A DNA stretch of 64,000 nt from Candidatus Bathyarchaeota archaeon (lineage in GTDB: Archaea > Thermoproteota > Bathyarchaeia > Bathyarchaeales > Bathycorpusculaceae): the NCBI GenBank assembly GCA_963725715.1, contig CAVRZF010000013.1:24586-88585 (forward strand), read 5' to 3'. Numbering within the stretch: the stretch's first letter is position 1; each line of letters starts with the position of its first letter. Shown here in pieces: positions 48,580-59,108 of the stretch. The notes beneath the pieces were generated by a model. That model ran no database searches. It was given only the letters and a program-made list of their open reading frames with translations, and was not told where the DNA came from. Both the position numbers and the translations under genes were made by a program.

Positions 48580-48873
48580 TTACCTTCTAGACGGTTGGGT
48601 AGCGTGTAGAACTTCTATTCTTTGAACAGAGTTAAGGTGCAGAAATAGTTCACTTCTTTCTTCACGGCTCGCTACCTGCGGGATAGGCTGAGCGATTGTT
48701 GATCTTAAAACGATAGCTTCTGCCTCCGACAGCCAGATTCCCGAGGGCTCATGGGTGACAGCCATTAGGGTGCCTTCAAAACCGTAGGCTGGGTCAATGA
48801 TAACGCGAATTTTTTTGCCCACGTTCCTCTCAAGCATGTGAAATATTGAAGGAGGCAACTCTTGATCCGGCAT
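48580..48873 (-). CDS. Divergent Sm/Lsm-fold protein
   Basis: LERNVGKKIRV...FEGTL...IWLSEAE...LFLHLNSVQRI Sm1/Sm2 pattern. Confidence 0.6.
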   Translation of the reverse strand: MPDQELPPSIFHMLERNVGKKIRVIIDPAYGFEGTLMAVTHEPSGIWLSEAEAIVLRSTIAQPIPQVASREERSELFLHLNSVQRIEVLHATQPSRR

Positions 48874-49129
48874 AGACTTCGCAAATTAATATGATTATCA
48901 CTTTAAAGATAAAACAATTCCCATGCCCAAACCATGTATGTTCAAGGGCTAATTACATATAGCGTTTTTTGTTTGGCTTGTTTTTTGGCCTTGTTTATGC
49001 TAAACCTGAATTGAATTGGTTGGTTGTTATTAAAAAAATTGTATTATCTGTTCTCAAATTCAAGCTCTGACTTAGTTACTTTTAATAAGCCACGGTAGCT
49101 CCAATAAAGCGCCGAAGCGGGATGAGAAT

Positions 49130-50950
49130 ATGGAGACTAACAGTTCACTTAACCGTTCAATCGACCAAGCAAAGAAACATTACTCGTCCCTGTTCTCTTT
49201 GCCATCATTCGAAACAGCGTTGGCTGGCACAGCAGCGCTCAGCTTCATAATTGCCCTTTTATCTTATGTCGCCTCTCCGTCCCTGGAATTATTTGGTGCT
49301 TTGGCTCTTGGCTTATCCCTTTTCGCTCTAACATTTGCCGCTGATTTAATCGTCAGCAAAGCAATTCTGAGAGATGACCCAATTTTTAACTTGCGGCGCA
49401 CTACGGTAGTGTCGCTTGTCGGTTTAGCGTTTTGGCTTGTTTTCATCCTTGCGGGTGCTGTCTTAAGTTTTTCATTCGGATGGATTCTCTGGGTCCAACT
49501 TAGCCTGCTTGGATATGGGGTCACTCTGACTCTGAGAATTATCGTGACTATGGCAACCTCTATGTCAGCTAGCTGGAGACGTGGCTTGTCCGTTTTTCTT
49601 CAACCGATTCTATGCATAATTGCCTTTGTGGTTTTTTGGAATGGCACTCAAAGCGGTATAGCGCTGCAAGTTTTACCTTTCATTGTTGCTGCTACGTTAA
49701 TCGCATTTATTGCAGTTTTCATATTTTTCTGGTCGTTAGAGCGTTTCAGCAAAAAAGTCTCTTTAATGGCATCCATACCCCTGTTCAGGGCTTTCATAGT
49801 CAACTGGGTAACGGACCTCAACGCTCCTCTCGAAAAATATCTCGAAGATATGGGGCAAGATGCAGACATCGAAGTTAGCCTGCTAAAGTTTGAATCTTCA
49901 AAACCTAAAGCCGCCATCATTATCCCGCAGGTCCATCCAGGCCCATTCAAAAACATCGGAAGCAGCCTTCTGCCCTCGCTACTTAAGCAAGGCTTCGAGA
50001 AAGAATACGGCTGTGAAACCTGCACTCCACTGGGCATCTTGGGGCATGAACTCGATTTAGCCTCCCAAGCCCAAAACCAGAAAATAATCTCACAGATAAT
50101 AGCATCTGCAAGATTTAAGGCAAAAGCAGATTTAGCTTCACCTTTGATACGCGTCTCCGAAGATCAAGCTACTGCTTCCTGCCAGATTTTTGGAGATACA
50201 GCGCTTCTTGCTTTTACGCTTGCTCCAAAAACAACTGAAGATTTGCCCCAAGAGCTGGGTCGAATTGTGCGCGAGCAAGCCCAAAACTACGGGTTAAAAG
50301 ACGCATTAGTCATTAACACCCACAACAGCCTGAGCGATATTGTTGACACAGACGCGCATTTAGACGAGTTAAAAAGAGCCGCTTCCGAATGTCTCCAAAA
50401 AGCGTTAGCACAGCAGACTAAGCATTTCATGATTGGCGCCGCCAGCGTGTTTCCCAAAGGATTCTCATCAAAAGATGGCATGGGAGAAGGAGGAATCACA
50501 GCCACAATTGTGCAGGTCGAAAACCAGAAAACCGCTTACATAGTTATTGATGGAAACAACATGATTCCTAATTTACGAGAAAAAATCTTGTCTGCTTTGG
50601 CAGCGGTCGGTTTTGACAAAAGTGAAGTTTTTACCACTGACACCCATGCCGTGAGCGCGCTTGTAACCGGGCGACGAGGGTACCACCCCGTTGGCGAAGT
50701 CATGGACCATGAACTGCTGATTCGATACATCTGCGAGGTTGCAAAAAAAGCAGAGTCGAACCTTGAGGCTTCAACCGCTGGATACCTGCGCTTTGTAGTT
50801 CCTCAGGTGAGAGTGATTGGTGAGGAACGTTTGAAATCAATAACTACTCTTGTCGACAAAGGCATTCAAAGGGCTAAGCAACTGGTTGTTCCAGTTTTTG
50901 GCTTGGAAGGGCTGATTCTACTTTTGCTCTTAATCTTCCTGATAAGGTAA
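49130..50950 (+). CDS. DUF2070 family membrane protein
   Basis: N-terminal TM block; VHPGPF, GHELDL, NTHN, DGNNM and TTDTHAV motifs. Confidence 0.88.
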   Translation: METNSSLNRSIDQAKKHYSSLFSLPSFETALAGTAALSFIIALLSYVASPSLELFGALALGLSLFALTFAADLIVSKAILRDDPIFNLRRTTVVSLVGLAFWLVFILAGAVLSFSFGWILWVQLSLLGYGVTLTLRIIVTMATSMSASWRRGLSVFLQPILCIIAFVVFWNGTQSGIALQVLPFIVAATLIAFIAVFIFFWSLERFSKKVSLMASIPLFRAFIVNWVTDLNAPLEKYLEDMGQDADIEVSLLKFESSKPKAAIIIPQVHPGPFKNIGSSLLPSLLKQGFEKEYGCETCTPLGILGHELDLASQAQNQKIISQIIASARFKAKADLASPLIRVSEDQATASCQIFGDTALLAFTLAPKTTEDLPQELGRIVREQAQNYGLKDALVINTHNSLSDIVDTDAHLDELKRAASECLQKALAQQTKHFMIGAASVFPKGFSSKDGMGEGGITATIVQVENQKTAYIVIDGNNMIPNLREKILSALAAVGFDKSEVFTTDTHAVSALVTGRRGYHPVGEVMDHELLIRYICEVAKKAESNLEASTAGYLRFVVPQVRVIGEERLKSITTLVDKGIQRAKQLVVPVFGLEGLILLLLLIFLIR

Positions 50951-51019
50951 GTCCAAATTTTTTTGTACTGTAAAGTTAATATTGCCTCTTTACTTCGCTT
51001 CTCGTGGAGTTGTCATAAA

Positions 51020-52357
51020 ATGTTCACTTACCCAAAAATTATTGTTGCACCCCCAGGACCCAAAACAAGGGAGCTTGTCGCTAAGGATGAACAGTTTGTT
51101 TCTCCTTCGTATATGAGGTATTACCCCCTTGTTGTTGAGTCAGCAAATGATTGCATAGTAAAAGACGTTGATGGAAACGAGTTCATTGATCTCAACTCTG
51201 GTATAGCATGCATGAACGTTGGGCACAACCACCCCAAAGTTGTTGAAGCCATAAAGAATCAGTGCGACCGTTTTCTCCATTATTCTAACACGGACTTCTA
51301 CTCCAAAGAAGTCGTCAACCTCGCAGAAAAGCTGGCGCGCATAGTTCCAGGAGAGTTTGAGAAAAAAACCTATTTCGGCAACAGCGGCACCGAAGCCGTT
51401 GAAGCAGCAATAAAACTTGCCCGTTGGCACACCCGAAAACAATTATTCATAGGTTTCATCGATGCATTTCACGGGCGCACTATGGGCTCCTTAGCGTTTA
51501 CCAGCAGCAAGCCAGCACAGCGAATGCATTTTTCACCTTTTATGCCCGGCGTAACCCATGTCCCCTTCCCATACTGCTACCGCTGCCCATTCAAACTTGA
51601 ACAATCAAGCTGCAACAGCTGGTGTGCCGACTTTATCGAAGAACAAGTGCTGCAAAAGTACATGCCCGCCGAAGACGTGGCAGCAATTCTTTTCGAGTCC
51701 ATACAAGGAGAAGGCGGCTACGTGGTTCCTCCGCCAGACTTTTTCCCAAAACTAAAGAAAATTGCAGACAAGTACGGCTTACTATTAATCGACGACGAAG
51801 TTCAATCTGGCATAGGAAGAACAGGCAAATGGTTCGCAATTGAGCATTGGGGTGTTGAGCCAGACATAATTTGCACGGCAAAAGCCTTAGCCTCAGGTTT
51901 ACCCATTGGCGCCACAATTGCAAAAGCAAAAATTATGGATTGGACAGGTGGCTCTCAAGCAAGCACTTTTGGTGGCAACCCCGTATCATGCTCTGCTGCA
52001 GCTGCAGTTATAGACATCATCAAAGAGCAGCAATTGCTGGATAACGCCAACAAACAAGGCTCATACGCATTGAAACGGCTGGCAGAACTTCAAGAAAGTA
52101 GCCCCATAATTGGGGACGTTCGCGGTAAGGGTCTAATGATTGGTGTGGAACTTGTTGAGGACAAAGAAACAAAAAAGCCTGCTGAGCAAAAAGCAAACAA
52201 GGTTATTTTGCGCTGCTGGAAGCGAGGAGTCGCCCTTGTCACATGCGGGCAATCAACACTTAGAATAGTCCCGCCACTCACGATACAAACGGATATGCTT
52301 GCTGCAGCTTTGGACATTGTTGAGGATACGATTAACGAGGTAGCTAAAGAAACGTAG
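51020..52357 (+). CDS. Class III PLP aminotransferase (acetylornithine/4-aminobutyrate type)
   Basis: NSGTEAVE, FHGRT, IQGEGG, DEVQSGIGRTG, AKALASG and STFGGNP motifs. Confidence 0.92.
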   Translation: MFTYPKIIVAPPGPKTRELVAKDEQFVSPSYMRYYPLVVESANDCIVKDVDGNEFIDLNSGIACMNVGHNHPKVVEAIKNQCDRFLHYSNTDFYSKEVVNLAEKLARIVPGEFEKKTYFGNSGTEAVEAAIKLARWHTRKQLFIGFIDAFHGRTMGSLAFTSSKPAQRMHFSPFMPGVTHVPFPYCYRCPFKLEQSSCNSWCADFIEEQVLQKYMPAEDVAAILFESIQGEGGYVVPPPDFFPKLKKIADKYGLLLIDDEVQSGIGRTGKWFAIEHWGVEPDIICTAKALASGLPIGATIAKAKIMDWTGGSQASTFGGNPVSCSAAAAVIDIIKEQQLLDNANKQGSYALKRLAELQESSPIIGDVRGKGLMIGVELVEDKETKKPAEQKANKVILRCWKRGVALVTCGQSTLRIVPPLTIQTDMLAAALDIVEDTINEVAKET

Positions 52358-52358
52358 G

Positions 52359-52913
52359 CTATTTTTCTCTTAGACTTTTTACTGTTCTGCGCGGCTTCCG
52401 CTTAAGAGGCGTTCCACAAACCTGGCACTCCTTAAACTTGCTGTTAACAGGATACTGTTTGTGGCACGCTGGACAGTACCTTACCCATTCCAAAAGGCGT
52501 TTGATGCCAAAAGTTGCTAACGCCAAAAAATCTATTTCCAATTTGGTGGCAACATTTTGGATTGAATAATCATCAGTCATGATCTGAGGCGTGTAACCGT
52601 CTGCTTTTAGTTCCATGGCTAAAGCCAAAAGCTGTATGTCTGTTTCTGATAGTTTGAAGGAGTCGCCAACTTTGCTTGCAGACACTTGGGCTTCATCCAG
52701 AAATTTTTGAGTTGGCGCTTTAACCTTTAGTTTTCGGCGTTCGAGCGCTGTTTCAAAACGAACCTTGACCATTGAGCTTCGTTTTATTTCTTCCTCGACC
52801 ATTGGCACAGTTACTAGCTCTTCGCTTAATGAGAAAGGGTCAAAACCCGCCAGAAAAGCAGAGGTATCTAACACAATGACTCGTTTGTACGGGGTGTTTG
52901 GTTGATTTGTCAT
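52359..52913 (-). CDS. nob1: Nob1 PIN-domain endonuclease
   Basis: VLDTSAF, LSETD, TDDYSIQNVA and CPAC...CQVCG. Confidence 0.9.
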   Translation of the reverse strand: MTNQPNTPYKRVIVLDTSAFLAGFDPFSLSEELVTVPMVEEEIKRSSMVKVRFETALERRKLKVKAPTQKFLDEAQVSASKVGDSFKLSETDIQLLALAMELKADGYTPQIMTDDYSIQNVATKLEIDFLALATFGIKRLLEWVRYCPACHKQYPVNSKFKECQVCGTPLKRKPRRTVKSLREK

Positions 52914-53758
52914 TCTATTCCCTTAAAAAGCAGCCTGCTTTTTAGCCGGTCATAAAAGTCAGTTTCGAACCGAATGAAAGAGGTCACATTGTTGGACACA
53001 GTGACTTCCACCGTTGGCACTTTACAATTCAGCCTTTTACGGTACTTTCCGTCAATCAGAACAAGAACCTCTTCTGCTTTAAACACGTTAAACCTAATTT
53101 TGGAATTGGCTGGAAAAACAAGTGAATGAAACACTGTTAAGGGACAGATTGAAGTGATCACGAAAGCGCCCGCGGCTGGATCTAAAACTGGTCCGCCAGC
53201 CGAGAATGAATAACCTGTTGAACCCGTTTGGGTTGCCACAATTAAGCCATCCGCTTGACAATTAAGAATAGGCTTGTCATTCTTGCATATTTGTGCACAA
53301 AGAATCTTTGACGGTTCACCAGAAGAAATGACAACGTCGTTTAAGGCGTCAGGAAGTACTTCTTCACCTGCTTTTATTGATAGTTTAGCGCATTTCTCTA
53401 TTTTGTAGTTGCCTTTCAGGATTTTATCTAAGGCTTCAAAGGTGTCTTTTGGATCAACCAAAGTTAGGAAACCTCGGACTCCCATGTTGATAGCAAGTAT
53501 CGGCGGCTCAGGTTTAGGCACGTTCATGCATGTTCGCAATATTGTGCCGTCACCGCCAATGGTGATTAAAAAGTCAGCTTTCATTTTTGTGAGCGAAATC
53601 ATCTCTTGCCGCGTGGAAACCTTGCCTGAAAGGGTATCTTCGATGTAAACCTTCAAGCCTTTGTCCACAAGATACTCCGCCAACTCTTCTGTAAGCTTTA
53701 GCGCTGGCTGTTTATCATAGCGGGCGATAATTCCCACGCTTTTAAACACTAAATTCAC
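52910..53758 (-). CDS. nadK: NAD(+) kinase
   Basis: GGDGTIL, LND and DGLIVATQTGSTGYSFSAGGP motifs. Confidence 0.92.
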   Translation of the reverse strand: MNLVFKSVGIIARYDKQPALKLTEELAEYLVDKGLKVYIEDTLSGKVSTRQEMISLTKMKADFLITIGGDGTILRTCMNVPKPEPPILAINMGVRGFLTLVDPKDTFEALDKILKGNYKIEKCAKLSIKAGEEVLPDALNDVVISSGEPSKILCAQICKNDKPILNCQADGLIVATQTGSTGYSFSAGGPVLDPAAGAFVITSICPLTVFHSLVFPANSKIRFNVFKAEEVLVLIDGKYRKRLNCKVPTVEVTVSNNVTSFIRFETDFYDRLKSRLLFKGIE

Positions 53759-53839
53759 GGCTCATTAGATAGCGTAAACCTTAATCTATATATGGGTGTT
53801 GTTCAGAATGCTTTGATTAGAAATACTATTGGTGAGTGT

Positions 53840-54235
53840 ATGAGCAAACCAGTTGACGTCGGAGAACTACGAGTTGGCGGTTACATGTTGATTGACGGCG
53901 AACCATGCCGAATCATGGACATAGCAAAATCCAAACCTGGAAAACACGGATCAGCAAAAGCAAGAATCGTAGCAATAGGCGTCTTCGACAACCAAAAAAG
54001 GCAATTCGTCAAACCAGTTGACCTAGGCGCTGAAGTTCCAATAATCGACAAACGAACAGGACAAGTCTTCTCAGTTAATCCAAACGGCATACAAATAATG
54101 GACCTTGAAACATACGAATACATTGATGCGCCTTTTCCTAATCCGGAAGAAGTTCCCAAAGAGAAACTTACATCCGGCACAGAAATCGAATACTGGAAAA
54201 TATTGGGCAGAGTAAAAATAGTTCGCGCAAAATAA
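53840..54235 (+). CDS. eif5a: Translation factor aIF5A
   Basis: SKPGKHGSAK hypusine motif. Confidence 0.96.
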   Translation: MSKPVDVGELRVGGYMLIDGEPCRIMDIAKSKPGKHGSAKARIVAIGVFDNQKRQFVKPVDLGAEVPIIDKRTGQVFSVNPNGIQIMDLETYEYIDAPFPNPEEVPKEKLTSGTEIEYWKILGRVKIVRAK

Positions 54236-54464
54236 TCGAGAACTAACCCGCTATTTCCCCTTTCCGTTCATTATTTTATGAATGTTCCTTTTTTTAGCCT
54301 TTCTTTTATTTGAAGCAAGAAAGCTACTATAACCTTCCATTCTTCGCACATTCTAGACCTCCAAGAAAAGGTTAAAATGCAGCTTGTATGCTCAAAACTG
54401 AATTTTTCGTAACCCAACCCTACGTCCTCTATCTTTTTTGACCGGCGAAATCACGAATAGACCC

Positions 54465-54515
54465 GGAGGAGGGAGGAGGGGTATACTATTTACAACAAAA
54501 TTCCAGTGTAAATAG
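54465..54515 (+). repeat. Dispersed G-tract/TTTACA repeat, copy B
   Basis: GGAGGAGGGAGGAGGGGTATACTATTTACAACAAAATTCCAGTGTAAATAG. Confidence 0.75.
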
Positions 54516-54648
54516 TGGAAGCCAGAGAAGCCTTTGTTTGATTGCAGCTCCCTAACTAAACTACGACTAAATTCCGATAACAAAATTGGACAATGCTAGC
54601 CTACCCGCCTCTCATACCTATTCACATCCAAAAAAGAGCAGACCGATT

Positions 54649-54848
54649 TTAGCTCCACCATTTCCAGCCCAAACGCCTAAAGCTAACGTGCATTGCTAAG
54701 AGGATTATCCCCCAGCCAAGAGGGATACTTGCGATTACAAGTATAAGGTTGCTCTGCAGGTAAGTGTGTTTGCCCATGCACTTAGAACCGTTAAAGCTAC
54801 AAGTAACAAAACAAAAATGCTTGCATGTATCGCTCGTTTAGCAGTCAA
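54649..54848 (-). pseudogene. Small 2-TM membrane ORF broken by frameshifts
   Basis: LTAKRAIHASIFVLLLVALTVLSAW / YLQSNLILVIASI / IILLAMHVSFRRLGWKWWS in successive frames. Confidence 0.35.
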
Positions 54849-54936
54849 ACGTTTGCGCCACTTTACGGATTATCATCCTGTGGTGTTAAGAGATTTTCTG
54901 TTAAGGTTTATGTTCTAGTCGGGCGCTTTTTGTGAC

Positions 54937-55004
54937 TGAAGCCAATGATGCATGAAGAGCCGTCTGAATTGTGAAGAATAAATTTATGGGGAACTGAGGC
55001 TTCA
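54937..55004 (+). ncRNA. Box C/D sRNA
   Basis: Terminal stem TGAAGCC/GGCTTCA, C box ATGATG, 12-nt guide, D' CTGA (54964), C' GTGAAGA, guide, D box CTGA (54994). Confidence 0.75.
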
Positions 55005-55119
55005 AACAAAAAACACGGTTCTCAAAAAATTAATATTGAAAAATTAGGTTCCTTTTGGCACTTTTTGGGTTAATCTTTATCTAAAAGGAAAATAGAATGA
55101 TAAAGACTGAGAGACTTCA

Positions 55120-56472
55120 ATGGCATTAGATAAGTTAGGTTCTTCTCTAACCGATGCGATAAAGAAACTGTTTAAAGCTGGCGTAGTAGACGAAGCCGCA
55201 GTGAAGGAACTCGTTCGCGACATCCAGCGAGCACTCCTTCAAGCAGACGTTAACGTCCAGCTTGTACTTCAAATATCCAAACGCATAGAAGAACGTGCCT
55301 TACAAGAAAAAGTTCCCCCAGGCATCTCCAGACGCGAACACGTCATAAAAGTAGTCTATGAAGAATTGACACGCTTTGTCGGTGACAAGCCTGTTCCAAT
55401 CAAGATGGAGCCTGGGAAGCGGAAAATCATAATGCTTGTTGGAATTCAAGGCTCAGGCAAAACCACTCACGCAGCCAAACTTGCTAGGTACTACCAGAAG
55501 AGAGGCTTAAAGCCAGCTATGATTTGTGCTGACACTTTTCGTCCTGGCGCATACGCCCAACTTCAGCAGTTGGCGGCAAGAATTAACGTTCCGATCTACG
55601 GAGACCCTAAAGCTAAAGACCCAATCAAAGTGGTCAGGGAAGGCTTAAAGCAATTCACTGATAAAGACTTAGTTATTGTTGATACTTCAGGCAGGCACAA
55701 GGAAGAGAAAGATCTCATCAAGGAAATGAAAGACCTTGAGAAGAACATTAAGCCTGATGAAGTCATAATGGTTATTGATGGCACCATTGGTCAACAAGCT
55801 CTTGCACAAGCCAAAACTTTCCATGAAGCCACCCCCATCGGCGCCATAATAGTTACAAAACTTGACGGTTCCTCACGGGGAGGCGGCGCGCTCTCAGCGG
55901 TTGCAGCAACGGGTGCCCCAATAAAATTCATTGGTACGGGCGAAAAAATCGAGGACGTGGAAGCCTTTATTCCTTCGCGGTTTGTTGGTCGCCTCTTAGG
56001 CATGGGTGACTTAGAAACACTTTTGGAAAAAGTCCACGATGCCGAAATTAAAGTACCGCAGAAAAAGGCCAAAGAAATACTCAGTGGCAATTTCACCTTA
56101 ACTGACATGTATGAGCAGTTTGAGGCAGTCAAAAAGATGGGCCCGTTCAGTAAAGTGCTCAGTATGCTGCCTGGCATGTCTTCTTCTAATTTACCGCCTG
56201 AGATGCTTAACACCGCTGAAGGAAGGTTGGATAAATGGCGAGTAATCATTCAGTCCATGACACCTAGCGAGCGAGAAAACCCCAAGCTGCTAAACTCTTC
56301 CAGAGCAAAACGCATAGCTCGAGGTTCAGGAACAACGGAAAAAGAAGTCAAAGAACTCCTCAAACAATACATTATGATGCGAAAAATGCTAAAGATGTTC
56401 AAACACAAAAAGAAACTACCCTTCGGACTGGGCGGAAAAGGCGGATTGCCCCCAAACTTTCCAGTAGGCTAA
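55120..56472 (+). CDS. srp54: Signal recognition particle protein SRP54
   Basis: GIQGSGKTT, DTSGRH and TKLDG motifs; Met-rich M domain with RIARGSG. Confidence 0.96.
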   Translation: MALDKLGSSLTDAIKKLFKAGVVDEAAVKELVRDIQRALLQADVNVQLVLQISKRIEERALQEKVPPGISRREHVIKVVYEELTRFVGDKPVPIKMEPGKRKIIMLVGIQGSGKTTHAAKLARYYQKRGLKPAMICADTFRPGAYAQLQQLAARINVPIYGDPKAKDPIKVVREGLKQFTDKDLVIVDTSGRHKEEKDLIKEMKDLEKNIKPDEVIMVIDGTIGQQALAQAKTFHEATPIGAIIVTKLDGSSRGGGALSAVAATGAPIKFIGTGEKIEDVEAFIPSRFVGRLLGMGDLETLLEKVHDAEIKVPQKKAKEILSGNFTLTDMYEQFEAVKKMGPFSKVLSMLPGMSSSNLPPEMLNTAEGRLDKWRVIIQSMTPSERENPKLLNSSRAKRIARGSGTTEKEVKELLKQYIMMRKMLKMFKHKKKLPFGLGGKGGLPPNFPVG

Positions 56473-56477
56473 ATATC

Positions 56478-57806
56478 ATGGATGTTTTACAGAAAGCCTT
56501 AGAATTACTTAGCAAATATTCTCTTTGCGACCACTGCCTCGGCAGACAATTCGCTTTGCTTGGTTACAGCATGGAAAACAACGTTCGAGGCTCAGCTATC
56601 AAAATCAGCTTAACAATGCAAGCCAATGACTTAGCCAAAGAAAAAAACGCCGAAGGCGTAAATCAGCTGAAAGTTTTGGCGACAAACGGCTTTTCAAAAG
56701 AAGCCCGAGAAACACTCAAACATCTAAAAAAACGAGTACCAAAAACGCAGAACGCAAAATGTTATCTTTGTGAAGGCAAATTCGAGCTTGTTGATACATT
56801 AATAGAGAAATCCTTAGCCGCCGTCCAAAGTTATGAATATACGACTTTTCTTGTTGGAATCGAAGTGCCTGTCCAGGTTGAGGAGCGCGAAGACGAATTC
56901 AAGTCCGTCTTCAACATTGACTATGGCGAAAGCATAAAGCATGAGTTTGGACGCTTGTTTGGCAAAGCTTTGGCTAAACGGAGTGGCAAAGAAGCTGAAT
57001 ACTTAACGCCTGACCTGGTCGTTGTGATCAATCCTTTTGAGGAAGAACTGCGCTTGCAGGTTAACCCGCTTTTTGTCGCTGGCAGATACCGAAAGCTTGT
57101 GCGAACAATTCCGCAGTCCAAATGGTTCTGTTCAAGTTGCCATGGGAGAGGGTGTGAGAAATGTGATGGAACCGGAAAAATGTATCCTGAATCGGTTGAG
57201 GAGCTAACTTCACCACCGCTGTTGGAGGCTACTTTGGGTGAGAAAACGGCGTTTCATGCTGCAGGCCGAGAAGATATTGATGCTCGGATGCTGGGTACAG
57301 GGCGTCCTTTTGTTCTTGAAGTTTCTAGGCCTGTGAAGCGGTTTGTTGACCTCAGAGAAATTGAAGCCAAAATAAATGTTGACGCTGTAGGCAAGGTTGA
57401 GGTTTCACATTTGCGTTTCACAACGCGGGATGTTGTTAGACACCTTAAGAAAGGTGAAGGTTCACAGAAAGAATATCGGTTGCTGGCTGAGTTTGAGAAT
57501 GAAGTCTCCAATGAAGCTTTGCGCACTGTAGAGAACCAGCTTAGCGGTGCTTCAGTCAAACAACAGACGCCTCTTCGTGTATTGCATAGAAGGGCTGATT
57601 TAATACGAGAAAGGTACATATATAAGGTTAAAGTTAGAAAGGTGTCCCATAAGAGGGCATTGATGGAAATTCACTGTCAAGGCGGCCTCTACGTCAAAGA
57701 ACTGGTGTCTGGCGATGAAGGAAGAACAATACCGAACGTTTCAGATTTGCTCGGTAACAAAGCAAAGACGCTTAAGCTTGACGTTTTAAGAGTAATAATG
57801 GATTAA
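56478..57806 (+). CDS. pus10: tRNA pseudouridine(54/55) synthase Pus10
   Basis: CDHCLGRQF, GRYRKL, GREDIDARM, QTPLRV and GGLYVKEL motifs. Confidence 0.93.
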   Translation: MDVLQKALELLSKYSLCDHCLGRQFALLGYSMENNVRGSAIKISLTMQANDLAKEKNAEGVNQLKVLATNGFSKEARETLKHLKKRVPKTQNAKCYLCEGKFELVDTLIEKSLAAVQSYEYTTFLVGIEVPVQVEEREDEFKSVFNIDYGESIKHEFGRLFGKALAKRSGKEAEYLTPDLVVVINPFEEELRLQVNPLFVAGRYRKLVRTIPQSKWFCSSCHGRGCEKCDGTGKMYPESVEELTSPPLLEATLGEKTAFHAAGREDIDARMLGTGRPFVLEVSRPVKRFVDLREIEAKINVDAVGKVEVSHLRFTTRDVVRHLKKGEGSQKEYRLLAEFENEVSNEALRTVENQLSGASVKQQTPLRVLHRRADLIRERYIYKVKVRKVSHKRALMEIHCQGGLYVKELVSGDEGRTIPNVSDLLGNKAKTLKLDVLRVIMD

Positions 57807-57824
57807 ACAAAAGGTGAAAATTGA

Positions 57825-58130
57825 ATGAAAGGTTCAAAAGGATATTACGCAGGTACTCGCAGTCTGCTACGCAAGCCAACAAGAGAAAAAGGTAAACCAA
57901 AAATTGGCAAAATACTACATGTGTACGAGCCTGGAACTCAAGTGATAATTAGGATGGATTCTAGCACACAGAAAAGCATGCCTCATAAACGGTTCCATGG
58001 TAAAATAGGCACCATAAAAGAAAAGCGCGGCCGAGGCTACGTCATCAGCGTGCCCCAGGGCAATAGCATTAAAGAAATTATTACTCGCTCTGAACATATA
58101 GAGCCATACATGGAAAGTGCGGAGAAATGA
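57825..58130 (+). CDS. rpl21e: 50S ribosomal protein L21e
   Basis: SKGYYAGTR and MPHKRFHGKIG motifs. Confidence 0.94.
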   Translation: MKGSKGYYAGTRSLLRKPTREKGKPKIGKILHVYEPGTQVIIRMDSSTQKSMPHKRFHGKIGTIKEKRGRGYVISVPQGNSIKEIITRSEHIEPYMESAEK

Positions 58131-58465
58131 GCAAAAGAGAAGTAAGCGAAAACCGCTTAACACTACCACAAGTTAAGAAAGTGCTAGAGTCTATTGGCGA
58201 GGAAAACCTTGACCAGTTCCAACGCCGAACACTGGATTACGTAAGCAAGTTTGCTAAGGCTGACCCTGAGAAAGCAGAAGAGCTCTTGCAGGTTCTTGTG
58301 AAAGAATACGAGATCGATGAAGCAGAAGCGATTCAGATCCTAAATTGTATGCCTGAAACTGTTGATGAACTGCGAGTTTTCCTAGCGGGCGGTCGCAAAA
58401 TCATCGAAACCACGAAACTGCAATCTATTGTTGCGCTTTTGAGCGAGAACCGAACTCTCAAGTAG
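58127..58465 (+). CDS. rpoF: RNA polymerase subunit F (Rpo4)
   Basis: QRRTLDYVSKF...ILNCMPETVDELR; conserved L21e-rpoF-DUF655-ksgA order. Confidence 0.88.
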   Translation: MSKREVSENRLTLPQVKKVLESIGEENLDQFQRRTLDYVSKFAKADPEKAEELLQVLVKEYEIDEAEAIQILNCMPETVDELRVFLAGGRKIIETTKLQSIVALLSENRTLK

Positions 58466-58531
58466 CCCCTTAACCAGCTAAGTATTTTTAAGCAAATAAG
58501 CGCAATAGACTAGAGGGCTTAGTGACTGTTA

Positions 58532-59098
58532 ATGGAAAAGCGGTATGAAGAGAACGCTTACGTGTTAGATTTCCTATCACATGGCAAACCTGGGTTCCGT
58601 CCGACTGGACGGGCAGGTTACAGAGCAGGGGCTCTAATCCAATGTGTCGGTGAAGAGTTTTTTACGCTTCTGGAGGCTTTGGTGAAAGAAGGTTTAATGC
58701 TAAAGCCAGGTGACCGCGTCTACGTGGGTAAAGATTCACGTTCAGAAGTTACCTACATTATCGGGCGTATAGGCTTTGAAGAGTTAACTGCCTCAGCTAA
58801 AGCAGAGCTTCCCAGCGTCATCGGCAAAATCGTTGTGAACCGCGAGAAATGGTTTGTCAATTTCTTCAATACCGCACGGGCAATCACTCCCAGAATGCAT
58901 GCGCTTGAGCTTGTTCCAGGCATCGGAAAAAAATACATGTGGCAAGTCATAAACGAACGCACTCGGAAACCGTTTGAAAGTTTTGAAGATTTACAAAAAC
59001 GCACTGAACTGCCTAACCCTGTAAAATTGATTACTAAACGGGTTATGGAAGAGCTTGAGGGTGACAGCAAGTACCGCTTGTTCACACGAGCGCAGTAA
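58532..59098 (+). CDS. DUF655 family putative RNA-binding protein
   Basis: YVLDFL, GEEFFTLLE and RMHALELVPGIGKK motifs. Confidence 0.9.
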   Translation: MEKRYEENAYVLDFLSHGKPGFRPTGRAGYRAGALIQCVGEEFFTLLEALVKEGLMLKPGDRVYVGKDSRSEVTYIIGRIGFEELTASAKAELPSVIGKIVVNREKWFVNFFNTARAITPRMHALELVPGIGKKYMWQVINERTRKPFESFEDLQKRTELPNPVKLITKRVMEELEGDSKYRLFTRAQ

Positions 59099-59108
59099 GG
59101 CACAAACG

